DNA of 64,000 bases, taken from contig RBZT01000635.1 in the NCBI GenBank assembly GCA_003693705.1, forward strand, positions 1 through 64,000, read 5' to 3'. Shown here one piece after another: positions 10,642 through 21,524 of this stretch; the stretch's first letter is position 1; each line of letters starts with the position of its first letter. The notes beneath the pieces were generated by a model that was not told where the DNA came from, made no database searches, and saw nothing but the letters and a program-made list of their open reading frames with translations. A program made the position numbers and the translations under genes. The DNA comes from Polymyxa betae A26-41. Taxonomy: Eukaryota > Protista > Endomyxa: Phytomyxea.

Positions 10642-13101
10642 ATGTTCTGGTTTGACGAGCTCGCCCAGATTGAGAAACGGGCATTTGACAAAACCGGAAA
10701 GTTCGCACCCGGGAAGGATACACACGAAACATGCCAAGCTCGGGCTTTGGAACTTTATGACAAAGCTTGCACTGCCTTCAAGACGAAGCAGAGTTCCAAG
10801 CGAGACGCAAATATCAATGTTCTTCAAGGGCTATTGAAGAAGGGAACAACCGAAGATCAGATCTCGGCTCTCGCTGTATCCGTTCAGGAGTCTCCTGTCC
10901 ATCTCGGCGAGTTCTGTATCTCGAAACTGATAGCGGTCGCTGGTAAAAAAAGCCGCGATCACGCTTGGGCTGCTCTGGGAGCTCTTCGCGATATCTATAC
11001 GGGTTGTTTATTACCCGATGGAAGGAAGCTACGCCATTTAGATGCAGAATCATGGAATGAGATCAAACCTCGGTTGTCACCTGAAGAATGCAATCAATGG
11101 ATGGTGTATCGTTATTTCGAGTCTCGAATCAAATCATTGTACAGTGATTTCATCACTGTCTTAGAATCGGCATCCACAGATCCAGTCGAATGGTTCCGAA
11201 TGAAGACTCTTGCTTTGCCCCAGGAGTTACTCTCCCTGAAACCCGAAGCTGAAGTTCGCCTACTTGTACTGCTTGTGAATAAAGTCGGTGATCCAGCTCG
11301 TAAGGTAACAATATTGCACAATTATCTATATTCCATTGTTTCTTACCTCAAATGCAGGTCTCGGCTCAGGCTTTAAGACTCATTCGACATCTACTCGAAG
11401 CCCATGCTAACATGAAAGGTGTGATTGTCGACGAAATCCAGCGCTTCCTCATGCGTGCCAATATCACCCCTCGGGCTCAGTACCAAGCTGTCATCCTATT
11501 GACCCAAATCGTATTCGCTCCGCATGACGGCCCGCTCGCCCGACGCCTCGTCGACATCTACCTCTCTCTCTTCTCACGAAAGGACCTCGAATCCGAATCC
11601 GACTCGCGCCTGCTATCCGCCCTGCTGACGGGCCTGAATCGCGCCTTCCCATTTGCTGCCTCTTTAATGAATGACGAGCAATACGACGCCCAGACGACGC
11701 GTCTGCTGCGTCTGGCACGCTCGAAGAACTTCAACGCGGCGGTCCAGTCGTTAATGTTACTGCAGCAAGTAATGTCTGCTAGACAGTCGCTCTGTACGCG
11801 CTACTACACTGCTCTCTACGACTCTCTCTCATTGCCTTCATTGGTGAATTCATCTAAGCATTCGCTGTATCTAAATCTGCTTTATCGAACCATCAAGAAT
11901 GATGTGTCGGTTCCGCGGATCGCCGCCTTTGTCAAGCGCCTCCTGCAGGTCTGCCTGCAATCCCGGCCTGGGTTCGTCTGTGGCTCGTTGATCCTGCTCG
12001 CCGAACTTTGCAAGCATCACCCAGCCATCCGCTGCATGATCGATCAGGCTGTCAATAAGGAGGACGACGTCAAATACGATCCGGCCAAACGTGATCCTCT
12101 GTTTGCTAATGCAAATGCGACATGTCTATGGGAGCTACACATTCTTGAACAACATTATCACCCATCGGTGTCGAAATTCTCATCACAGATTTTGAATAAC
12201 GTTCCGATCGTGTATAACGGGAACCCAATTGCCGATTTCACCTTGCGCCACTTTTTGGATCGGTTTGTTTACCGAAATCCTAAAAAAACCGAAGCGACTC
12301 GTTCCGCTCTTGCTCCACAACCATCTGCGATCGATAAGATGGCTCCAGTTAACACGGAAGTAAGTATGAAGTTTTCTGAATTTCTATTCGTCCAAGAGCA
12401 AAATTGCTTTCTTTTGGCTGCATAGTGATTTCGCCTTTTAGGAGTTCTGGAAATTGGATGAAAGCCAGGTCCGAGAAGATGAGAAATTCATGCACAAGTA
12501 CTTCCGAAATCGTTTGGAAAGAGGTGAAATTTCCGAAAAACCGGTCAACGATGACGAAAACAGTGACGAAGAGAAAGACGCATTCGCTGATCAACTCTTT
12601 GAAAATGAGCTCCGCAAAACGGATGGTGCTATCGACATTGATGATGATGACGACGATCTTCTCAACGGGGAGCACATATCAGATGATGAATTGAATGAGG
12701 CCTTCGGTGATGAAGATGACGACGATTGTATTGAAGGGGATGAAATGGATTCTGAGAACGAGGATATTGATGATGAACATATTGCCGATGATGATGATGT
12801 GATTTTCCACGAACAGGATGATGACGCCTTCGATGACGATGGCTTTGGTGATGATTTGATAGAGGAAGACACTAGTAAGTCCAAGAAGAACAAGAAGAAA
12901 ACGAGTCAGTCTGCATTTGCTGATGCTGATGATTACGCTGAACTTCTAGAATTGACGAATGGTGCCGCCAAAGCTAATAACAAAACTGAATCGTGGCAAG
13001 CCGGCTCGAAGAAGCGGCAGTTCCAGTCGCCTCGGAACAAGCCTAATGGCAAACAATCCAAAAAACAGAAGGGGAAACCTACTGCGAAATCTAGGAAATA
13101 G
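10642..13101 (+). CDS. MAK21: CBF/Mak21 family ribosome biogenesis factor (CEBPZ/Noc1)
   Basis: Motifs GTTEDQISAL, LLPDGRKL, KPEAEVRLLVLLVNKVGDP, SRLLSALLTGLNRAFPF, YDPAKRDPLFA, HYHPSV and FLDRFVYRNPK, with an acidic then basic tail. Introns at about 11304-11357 and 12360-12441. Start uncertain. Confidence 0.92.
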
Positions 13102-13138
13102 GCGTATAATGGATAAATAATTTATAAATCTAATCCAG

Positions 13139-13915
13139 TCAAGTCTTGATACCACAGCGACATCCGCCTTCTTTCCTTAATGTCGATGGCCATTCTACAT
13201 CTAGACGTTTGCAGTCGAATGGAACTTGATCCAGTCGTTGTCTGACAACATTATGCGCATTACAGAGCCACAACCGGAATGCATCAGCAGAGGAGATATC
13301 TGGAGGAGTACGTCTCAAAAGTTGCTGTTCGTATTAGGTCAGGAAAAAGATCTCAAAGGAGAACGTTATTACCCGAAAATGACTAGCACATTCTTCGCAT
13401 GGGAACTGACGTGAAATAATATGCAGTAGCTGAACATAGTCGTCTTGTTGATCGGATGTGAAATTTTGTGGAATCTTGGCCGCCATCGTATGCAACAAAG
13501 ACCATGTCATATGTCCAATCTCATCCCTTGACATCGGTCCTAAACATATCATGCTTTAATGCCAAGCCGCACAAGCTCATCGCAAAACTTTCATCAAAAC
13601 AGATCTCATCGGTACGACGAATGCTGCGAGAGTCTTCGGCTCCGATAAAACCAAATTTCTATCGAACACAGCAGCTTAACAGAGCTTCTCACCTCGGATA
13701 TTCTCTATTCTATTTTGTGATGGAAGCCATATCCAAAGGGCGCCTCCTACAAGAAGACCCAAACAGACCCAGGTCCAAACCTGCGGCTGTAACAAGTGCT
13801 TGTGATAGAAATCGTCGAGACGACGCCGGGCCTGCCATACTCGCGACCGAATCCGCCATGGACGCTGTTTCTCATCGTCATCGCTATCGATCGAGCCATA
13901 GATCGCTGACGACAT
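13139..13915 (-). CDS. ERV2: Erv/ALR FAD-linked sulfhydryl oxidase, ERV2-type (N-terminal TM, C-terminal CxC)
   Basis: IGHMTWSLLHTMAA, FPCEECASHF (CxxC), WLCNAHNVVRQRL and FDC; C-terminus GGCRCGIKT*; TM WTWVCLGLLVGGALWIWL. Confidence 0.85.
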
Positions 13916-14087
13916 TGTATCGTAATGAACGATGTCATTCGTCGCAACCTGTGACTCGATTCTGAGGTTCTCGAATTGATTACCTGAAAGCTATTCTGGG
14001 GCGATCGATTCGTTGGATCAAATTGCATCACTACAAAGGCGCTCCAGTTTCGCTTCACAAGGCATGTACAGGGATGTAATGAATAAA

Positions 14088-14675
14088 CTAATGCTGTTCC
14101 GATCGTTTCTTTTGAAGGAATTTATCCACCATTTCCTCGGTCGACGATGATGTCGCCTTTAGTCGCCGCCAAAGGACGTTATTCGTCTGTGGAGCGACCA
14201 TCGATCTCGCGTTCGAGGTTGTAAACCTTTTATGTGAGCGCCCATGCGATGCATCAGCTTGCGCTCGCTGCTCAACGGTTTCTGCATTAATATCAACCTG
14301 AGATCCAAGAGCATGACGAACGAATCTTTCTGCAGCGTCCTGGTCGATTCTCATGGTCGGCCCTTGCTCAGCTGGCTCCGGTTCCTTAGAAGAGAACTTC
14401 TTGATTTTGTCGAAATATTGTTTAACGCGACCAATCTCCTTATTGATTGGATGGTTTTGGGGGATTTGCCCAGAACATCTTATATAGATGAAGTAGAGCG
14501 AATTCAGGGCAAACGCGATCGTGGCATGGAAGCGGGCTCGTGCTTCAGGATCGGTTAAGGCTTGCTGTGCTTCCTCATACAGAGATGGATTCAAAGCCGA
14601 GATAATCTCGCTAGTTTTCGCTAACGAAGATGAGAGCGACGCTAATGTGCCCTTGATTTCATCATCCAATTCCAT
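14088..14675 (-). CDS. C1D: C1D/Rrp47 exosome cofactor (Sas10/Utp3/C1D domain)
   Basis: ARFHATIAFALNSLYFIYIRCSG..HPINKEIGRVKQYFDKIK and RIDQDAAERFVRHAL; intronless. Confidence 0.88.
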   Translation of the reverse strand: MELDDEIKGTLASLSSSLAKTSEIISALNPSLYEEAQQALTDPEARARFHATIAFALNSLYFIYIRCSGQIPQNHPINKEIGRVKQYFDKIKKFSSKEPEPAEQGPTMRIDQDAAERFVRHALGSQVDINAETVEQRAQADASHGRSHKRFTTSNARSMVAPQTNNVLWRRLKATSSSTEEMVDKFLQKKRSEQH

Positions 14676-14860
14676 GCTATAATTTCTCAGCAAATCGGTC
14701 TGCGGCAGAAATTCAGCGCAGAATTTTATGGAAGATGTTAGATGATTTTCTATAAATTTCGAAATCTTTTCGTTTGCCAGACGTCCTTTATAGCTGTGTT
14801 GTATGCTTTATTCGGATTTGTTTATGATGACTCCCAGATATGAGAATTTCAAATTCGGTT

Positions 14861-17140
14861 TTATGCTTGTGATATGATATATCTGAACTTTTTCAACCTG
14901 GCCTCCAGCAGGAACTCAGGTGAAACCAACTGCTGCAATGCATCAAAATTACCCGGGATTTCTTCCAGCAAAGGATTGGCATCTATAGCCATTTGTTCCA
15001 TTACTTCGAAATCGATGGTCGGCGCCGTCACCCAAGGCTGCTTATACGCTGATTCTCCGTTTTTCCTCAGATTGCGAAACGATGTGTTCTGGTCCAGAGA
15101 AATTCGGCGCGATTTTCGACGAAGATCTCCATCGAGTCTGGACAGGTCCTCCAAAACCAGCCGCTTCGCTCGCTTCCCGCATTCTTTCCTCATGGTTATG
15201 TAGAAACGAACTGTTATCGGTATCAACAGACCAACAAGCAGCGCCATGAAGTTGCATTTCTTATTGAGGAGCAATCCGACGAGCGCAAACTGAGAGAATC
15301 CCAACGAAAACACGATTCGGGAAAAAGCCGGGGGGAACATGGCGCCACCCGCCTCGGACTGTCGGGACCAGACAAACATGAATTGATATCGATAAAAAAC
15401 CGAAGCGAACAGGCAGAGCAGGGCGGTGAATGGTACAATCAGCGGTGCGATGGGAAGATAAAGGACGCCAAGAGAGAACAGCAGCAAATAAGTAGGATAA
15501 TTCTCATCAAAATAGAACACTCCCGGGTCGGCGCATGCCCGAACCGAAGACGCCGACGAAGCGCTCCTCATGCCCAGCCAGCCCATTATTAAGGGCGCCG
15601 GTCTCACCAATTCAAGAGAGAGGGCAGTAAACGTTTTTGTCATAATCATCAATATATACAACACGTTCGCTGACGGTAATGAATCCGCAAGCAGCTGGAA
15701 GACGAATTGCAGATCCGTATTCATTAAGTTCGAGCTTTTCTTAGCGAAAGCCGACACTAAAGTTGCAGAGAAAATACAATGAACCATTTGGAAATAGTAG
15801 TATAAGACAAAGGTCGATCGTTCGATCTCCGATTGAGCTGCGAAACCTCGCATTGAAGACAGCAGCCGCAGCATCGGAGGGACGATCGCCATCATGATGA
15901 TCAATCCGAGACCAGGTAGGAACCCTTCGAGAGCCGTCTTCACTATCGGGTGGGCGCTCAAGAGTGGCTTTAGAAAGGGCAGCAGCTTGGTCAGCTTTTC
16001 TAAATCGGTCATCATTGTAATCAGGGCGACGGGTAGCTCGAACGATAACAGCAGCAGGAAGAATGACGCATATACGAAGATTTGGCGTAAGGAGCGCTCC
16101 GATTTGGTCATGATGACGCCATCCCAATCAACATCTTTTGGTTCCGGGGCGACCTTGGCCGTCATTCTCGGCGCCGAGATCGTGATTGGAATTTGGGCAG
16201 CCATCGCCGCCCCTTGGAATGATGTGAACGTCACGAAACCCGTCTGAGTCGATTCGCCGTCTTCTTTCTGCAATTCTTTGATGGCGACGTTAAGATCGGC
16301 AAGTTGTTCCTTCATTTTGTTGATTTCGACCCTGTTGCTGGCGTCGCGCTGCTGAATGGCCAACGCAGATTCAAGTTTGGAGACGACCACGGCACGCTGA
16401 TCATAGCGTTCGCGAAGCCGATTGTGACATTTCAAAAGATAACAATTGGCAATCGGGTCATCGTCAAACATTGATGCAACATAGGAGTGCAGGTCGTTGT
16501 CGGTTTGAATGTGTTTTGGTAAATCTCGCAACAGAACTGACAGCTGGTCGACACGGAGATCGGCGTCGCGATTCGAGAGATGATATCGATGCCGCAGATC
16601 GACATAGACGACGTACTCGTGTTTCAGCAGATGCATGAGATAGAAGGTGGCGAAGAACATGGCGCCGGCATGGAACCAGAGCAGATTGCTGCCTTCCTGG
16701 ACTCCCTTGATTGTCAGCGTTAACATCGTCGAGGGTGAATCCGACATCGATGCGTTCCAGTTTGCAGGTATCAGGATGCCGCAAGCGATGATGGTGAGGA
16801 CCAAGAAGTACTTGGCGCCCAAGGCCAGGACTCGAAGGAACATGGTCGCATCGAGGCCGACGATCTCGACCAGCTCGTGCTGGTCCATGCGCATCATCTG
16901 CCAGATGTGGGACGGCGATGTGATGGTAAAATTTGGCGGTCGACGCCTCGTATCATCTGGCTGCGGGCAGACTAATCTCGGCACATAGATATAGGCCAGT
17001 TTTCGGAACAGCACAAAGAAGGTGACGAGTAATACGGCCATAATCGTGACGTTCGTATTGACATTTTGAAGAAGACTACCAAATGACGTCGCGTTTGCGA
17101 TGTCTTCCGTCGGCGGGGCGTTTTCGTCGGGCGACGACAT
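14861..17140 (-). CDS. OSCA/TMEM63 (CSC1/RSN1) mechanosensitive channel
   Basis: 759-aa intronless ORF with IYVPR, GLDATMFLR, TGFVTF, APEPKDVDW, IAPLIVPF and EAGGAMFP; many TM segments. Confidence 0.93.
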   Translation of the reverse strand: MSSPDENAPPTEDIANATSFGSLLQNVNTNVTIMAVLLVTFFVLFRKLAYIYVPRLVCPQPDDTRRRPPNFTITSPSHIWQMMRMDQHELVEIVGLDATMFLRVLALGAKYFLVLTIIACGILIPANWNASMSDSPSTMLTLTIKGVQEGSNLLWFHAGAMFFATFYLMHLLKHEYVVYVDLRHRYHLSNRDADLRVDQLSVLLRDLPKHIQTDNDLHSYVASMFDDDPIANCYLLKCHNRLRERYDQRAVVVSKLESALAIQQRDASNRVEINKMKEQLADLNVAIKELQKEDGESTQTGFVTFTSFQGAAMAAQIPITISAPRMTAKVAPEPKDVDWDGVIMTKSERSLRQIFVYASFFLLLLSFELPVALITMMTDLEKLTKLLPFLKPLLSAHPIVKTALEGFLPGLGLIIMMAIVPPMLRLLSSMRGFAAQSEIERSTFVLYYYFQMVHCIFSATLVSAFAKKSSNLMNTDLQFVFQLLADSLPSANVLYILMIMTKTFTALSLELVRPAPLIMGWLGMRSASSASSVRACADPGVFYFDENYPTYLLLFSLGVLYLPIAPLIVPFTALLCLFASVFYRYQFMFVWSRQSEAGGAMFPPAFSRIVFSLGFSQFALVGLLLNKKCNFMALLVGLLIPITVRFYITMRKECGKRAKRLVLEDLSRLDGDLRRKSRRISLDQNTSFRNLRKNGESAYKQPWVTAPTIDFEVMEQMAIDANPLLEEIPGNFDALQQLVSPEFLLEARLKKFRYIISQA

Positions 17141-17231
17141 CGGTATCGGATATCAGAGAAATTTGAGTGTAAGGTTCCATCGGCAAGCGGAACATGACTC
17201 ATGTTGACGATCTGTCGAACTTGAAGTTTTT

Positions 17232-19096
17232 ATGCCATCGTATCGTAACCAGAACAAGAACTTTTGGTTTTGTATACTGGTAAAACGGTACGTAATCCGA
17301 TGGAAATGGGAGACAGATTCGTCATGGCGTTAAGAAAATATCCAGTCAGCCTGTGGAGCAAGATCGAGACGGTACCCAATCACAGCAAGACTTTAGCACC
17401 CCGATGCTGTCGCCGCCCAAGCCGGAAGAAGCTGCCCTGCTGGGCGCAGAACCGGTCGAAGCGAAGGCGCCTGCTGCATCGCTGCTACTGTCCCGATCGC
17501 AGGCCTTGGCCCTTAGCATCAAGGTCAGTTCATCAACCAACACATTGCTACAATAATGACAGACATGGATGTCTGCAACCTCCATTTTGCCTTTATAAGA
17601 GTGTCTATAAGCACCACTGTTGTTTATGTTATCATGGTTCTGCACCTTCTCTTTTACTGTTATAAGAGTGCCCTCGTATTTATCAGTGTCATTTCTGTCA
17701 TTGCTTATCAAATGTCGTTTCCCTTTTCCGCAACCTCCATTTGGCCTCTATATAAGCACCGCTGTTGTTTATGGTATCATGGTTCTGCAACCCCTTTTTA
17801 CTGTCTATAAGAGTGCCCTCTTATTTATCAGTGTCATTTCTGTCATTGCTTATCCAATGTGGTCCCCCTTTCCCACGATAATGAAAACGCCTGGTGTACG
17901 GTATCATTCTCTAATCGTGTCTAGTCGACAGTTGGGAGTGGCATCTTCGCGATCCCGTTCGGGTTCAGGCTGGCCGGCTTGATCGGCGGCGTCCTGATTT
18001 TGACTCTGACCTTCGCGTTATCCTATATCGGTGGCTTATTGCTTCTGCGATCCCGGCAGCGTTCGTTCCCTGGCGTCTCCAGAGTCACTTGTAAGCAGTA
18101 ATTCGGAAGTTTGTCATCTTCCTAAACATAGTTTACAGACAGTGATGTCGGCCATCATTGGTCTGGTTCAAAAGGGCGATTGCTGGTCGATTCAATGACT
18201 GTCGCTTTGCAAATAGGGACAATATTCGCTTATTGCATTTTCATTATTGAGACTTTATCGAATGCTTTACCATCGGTCGAACGAGCCGCTCTTGTCGTCG
18301 CCCTTCTGCTCGCCCTAATTCCCATATTGCAATTGCGACGAATTGAGTCGATCTCGTTGATCGCAGCGGCTGCCGATATCCTCGCTGTGGTCGGGTTAAT
18401 ATCCTGTATAGTCTTATTGGTGACGTCTCGTGACAGCGGGGCAGTCGTTTCGACCTCAGTAAGCTCGCAAGCATGGCTATTTGTTGGAATAGCTTTGTTT
18501 TCGGTAGAAGGTGTCTGCCTGGTCCTACCTGTTCAATCGTCGATGGCGAATCCATCCGAATATAGACAAGTCTGGTCATGGACGATGCTAAGCGTCTTCA
18601 TATTATATCTCGTCTTTGGAATTCTGGGCTATGCTGCTTTTGGAGATTCTACCGATGACATCATCTTGAATAATTTCGCAACGTCTGATATCAAACGAGC
18701 GACTCAAGTAAGAATCAATAGTCCACCGATAAGATTTCTGATAAATCCTCTTTCTAGGTTATTTATTGTCTGGCTTTGCTGCTTTCCACAGCAGTCCAAG
18801 CTGTACCAGCTTTTGAGATCGTAGAACGCAATGATACGAAAGCTTATATGTTGACCATTGCATTGCGATTGGGTCTAGCAGCCATGGCCGCCATCACAAC
18901 AATGGTAGTTCCTGGATTTGCGATCGTCGTTTCGTTGATCGGTGCTGTATTCGGATCGGTGATGGCGTTCGGTCTCCCAGCGGTAATAGTGCTGAAGTTA
19001 GAACCCGGGCTATCCAGGCTGAAGAGGTTTGGCCTTTATTTACTCGCTGCAATATCAGTCTCCAGCATTGGATTAGGAATAGCAGCCATGGTTTAA
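17232..19096 (+). CDS. Amino-acid transporter (Aa_trans; AVT3/SLC36-like); start uncertain
   Basis: Spliced SRSQALALSIK|STVGSGIFAIPFGF, FVGIALFSVEGVCLVLPVQSSMANP, GYAAFG and VPGFAIVVSLIGAV. It contains a 401-bp intron at 17524-17924. Confidence 0.88.
17550..17884. repeat. Intronic insertion: two tandem ~150-bp units (17575-17729, 17730-17874) flanked by near-identical 10-mers
   Basis: Both units read gcaacctccatt.ggcc...tataagcacc.ctgttgtttatg.tatcatggttctgca...tataagagtgccctc.tatttatcagtgtcatttctgtcattgcttatc. Flanks are acaataatga (17550) and acgataatga (17875). Confidence 0.85.
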
Positions 19097-19434
19097 AGGA
19101 AACCATAGAAGATTTATCTACGATATCAAACAAATAATAAACCTATACAAGTGTTTTAGATTTCAGTAAGTGCTCGTTGAATTTCAAACTCCCATCTCGT
19201 TTCAGTGATTAGGCGTAGCTCCCCCTGTTGCTGATTCAATCGGAAAGAGATTGGAAGTCGTTCACGGCCACATCAGGCATATGAGTCATGCTTACAAATC
19301 GTGACTCCATGTTTCCGCTCGATTACCTTCGGCTCGTCAAGAGACAGTCCATACTGAAAAGAATTTATTCTTAAGAAGACGAACCCCATCGATAATTCTT
19401 CTATTTTATTCTTCTCAAACGAGATAACTCGGAA

Positions 19435-20025
19435 ATGAATTACGAGCTGCAGTTTAAGGAACCCGTTCGTATTGCCCAGGTTGAGAACCCGGCCGTGGCT
19501 CGCCGCCGTCGCCTTTTGCAATATGCCGAAACCTTCTGCTATATGATCGCTGTCCTTGTCTGCATGATGGCGTTAAACTGGTTTATGGGAGCTGTCGTGA
19601 CCGGCGCTACACGATCCTGGTCGGCTGTCAACACAAGGCGCCTGGCGCGAGCTTTCCGATCGTGGCGATGGAGGGCGTTCTATTTCCTGCCAGCTATCCT
19701 GCTAATCGGCAATCTCCTCCATCGGCGTTTCGTACGTCGGGCGATTCCATCGTTGACCAGCTTGACATCACGAGTAGCTTTGATCACCTGGGTTCTCTAT
19801 CAGTTCTACCAGCTTAGCCTGCTCATGTACCGGTTGCAGCGCCGGCAATCGGACCAGATCTGGTCCAGAAACGCCGTCTTCTATCTGTTCCTGGCTGCAG
19901 CTACCTTCGCCTGTATTCTGGCAATTGAAAGCGCTCATATCTTGGCCATCTTCGCTCGAGTTGTTGCTGATGTTAGAAGGGTTCGGAGCGAGGCCCTACC
20001 AACCAAGATTGGAAAACTGCTGTAA
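19435..20025 (+). CDS. Hypothetical multi-pass (about 4 TM) membrane protein
   Basis: 196-aa ATG-initiated ORF with four hydrophobic segments. Confidence 0.6.
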   Translation: MNYELQFKEPVRIAQVENPAVARRRRLLQYAETFCYMIAVLVCMMALNWFMGAVVTGATRSWSAVNTRRLARAFRSWRWRAFYFLPAILLIGNLLHRRFVRRAIPSLTSLTSRVALITWVLYQFYQLSLLMYRLQRRQSDQIWSRNAVFYLFLAAATFACILAIESAHILAIFARVVADVRRVRSEALPTKIGKLL

Positions 20026-20506
20026 ATAACCAAAATACATTCGATCTATCTATTCTTCATATCTCTTAAGTCTCCACATTTTACTTTAGCGCTTTCAGAA
20101 TGACTGTCTACTCAAAAAACGAATGGGCGTCTATCATTCTTCAACACACCATCTGAGCTGTAACATTATATTGGCGCCGCCTATGCCTTAATGCTGCCCT
20201 TATGTAATGCTGCCCTTGTGTAACGAAACAAAACATATTTTTCAGCCGATCTATTTTATATAGCAAGTTTGGGTCGTGCGTGTGCTGATAGAAAATCTAT
20301 TATGTTTTCCACGTCATCAATAGCTGACGCTCAGTTTGTAAGCTGGACTTGGCGCATTCTTAATGGCGTCGTTTCAAGGCTCCCTAGAGAGCCAGTCGTC
20401 AAGATGACGATCCCAGGGAACTGATGGAAGCGATAGCGACAGATTCGATTGACTCATGTTCTGTATGACTCAATATCCCTTTCAGATGGGCAACTTAGTC
20501 TAAATT

Positions 20507-21244
20507 ATGTATGTAAGGCCAGCAACGTTCCTGGCTTTGCTGATAGCATTGTCTGGAGCAGCTAATATATATCGTTCTAAACCGGTCAAGCTATGTAATC
20601 TACCCGAAGCCATCTCCGTGCCTGGATTGCAATCTACAACAGTTCGCGGTTGCTCGAGAAGCTTCTCAACGCCCTTGGTCTCCATCGAGTACGACATCAG
20701 ATGTCAGCCGTCGAATCACGACTCCTGTCATTATTCGACATATTTATCGAGCGACGATGGGTGTTTACAAGATCGACCTCCTGTTCCGAAAAGCTTTCTT
20801 TCCGAATCAGTTTGTGAGACGTCTGCCGATCCAGTTCAGACCGATTGTTCTTTTCGGCTGCAGGTTCCAGCAGCTAGCGCGAACATTAGCCAGGTCTGCG
20901 TCGTCGTCTCGTGCCTGAGCGCTGGCGGCTGCCCAGTGAACGCTACTATCCGACTTGAAGGGGAACCTATTGTTAAAGAAGCCGCCGAAATCCAGGAGCA
21001 AATCGGGCAGGAGTACCCGAAAGAAACGGCTTATGTTCAATGGGTGCTTATCGGGTTCGCAGCCGTTGTCCTCTTGATCATTGTCGCTGCTATCATCTGG
21101 TTCATTCAGAAACGGCGCCAGTCGAAATCGCTAAGTGAGATCCAGCCCGGGACCAGCACGACTGGCATCTGGGTCCTGGCTACCGGTGAAGATTATGATA
21201 ACCGGGGCAATTCCACTCGCGACCCGACGATTAATGACATGTGA
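20507..21244 (+). CDS. Hypothetical type I membrane protein with Cys-rich ectodomain
   Basis: Signal peptide MYVRPATFLALLIALSGAA, about 10 Cys, TM WVLIGFAAVVLLIIVAAIIWFI followed by QKRR. Confidence 0.75.
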   Translation: MYVRPATFLALLIALSGAANIYRSKPVKLCNLPEAISVPGLQSTTVRGCSRSFSTPLVSIEYDIRCQPSNHDSCHYSTYLSSDDGCLQDRPPVPKSFLSESVCETSADPVQTDCSFRLQVPAASANISQVCVVVSCLSAGGCPVNATIRLEGEPIVKEAAEIQEQIGQEYPKETAYVQWVLIGFAAVVLLIIVAAIIWFIQKRRQSKSLSEIQPGTSTTGIWVLATGEDYDNRGNSTRDPTINDM

Positions 21245-21524
21245 TTTCTGAAATAGCTTGTTTAATACATATCCAGCGCTAATTTATACATTGGTGATGG
21301 CCGGGTTCCAGACCTCAGCAAAGGACGGTCTGAATGGGGTTTCTTGCTTGAACAGGACGAGAGTTGCGTTCAGAAGAGAAGTGACATCGAATCTGGGGAT
21401 AAAATGCAATGTTAACGAGATCGATCAAGTTAGGGAGGTCTGGGACCTGAAGCGTCGATGCAGCATGGGTGGAGGATGGGTCGATTCGTTGTTCGAGTTT
21501 CATCAGTGACGGGCCAGCACCATC

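Noticed and set aside
17346-17711. Minus-strand ORF with ankyrin/MORN-like fragments (YKGKMEVA, DKYEGT)
   Set aside because: It is antisense to the transporter intron, and the second repeat unit has stops in the equivalent frames.
17575-17874. Possible CRISPR-like repeat array
   Set aside because: Only two long contiguous units, no unique spacers, no cas genes, eukaryotic context.
20189-20223. 16-bp tandem repeat taatgctgccctt(a/g)tg x2
   Set aside because: Two copies only; ordinary slippage duplication.
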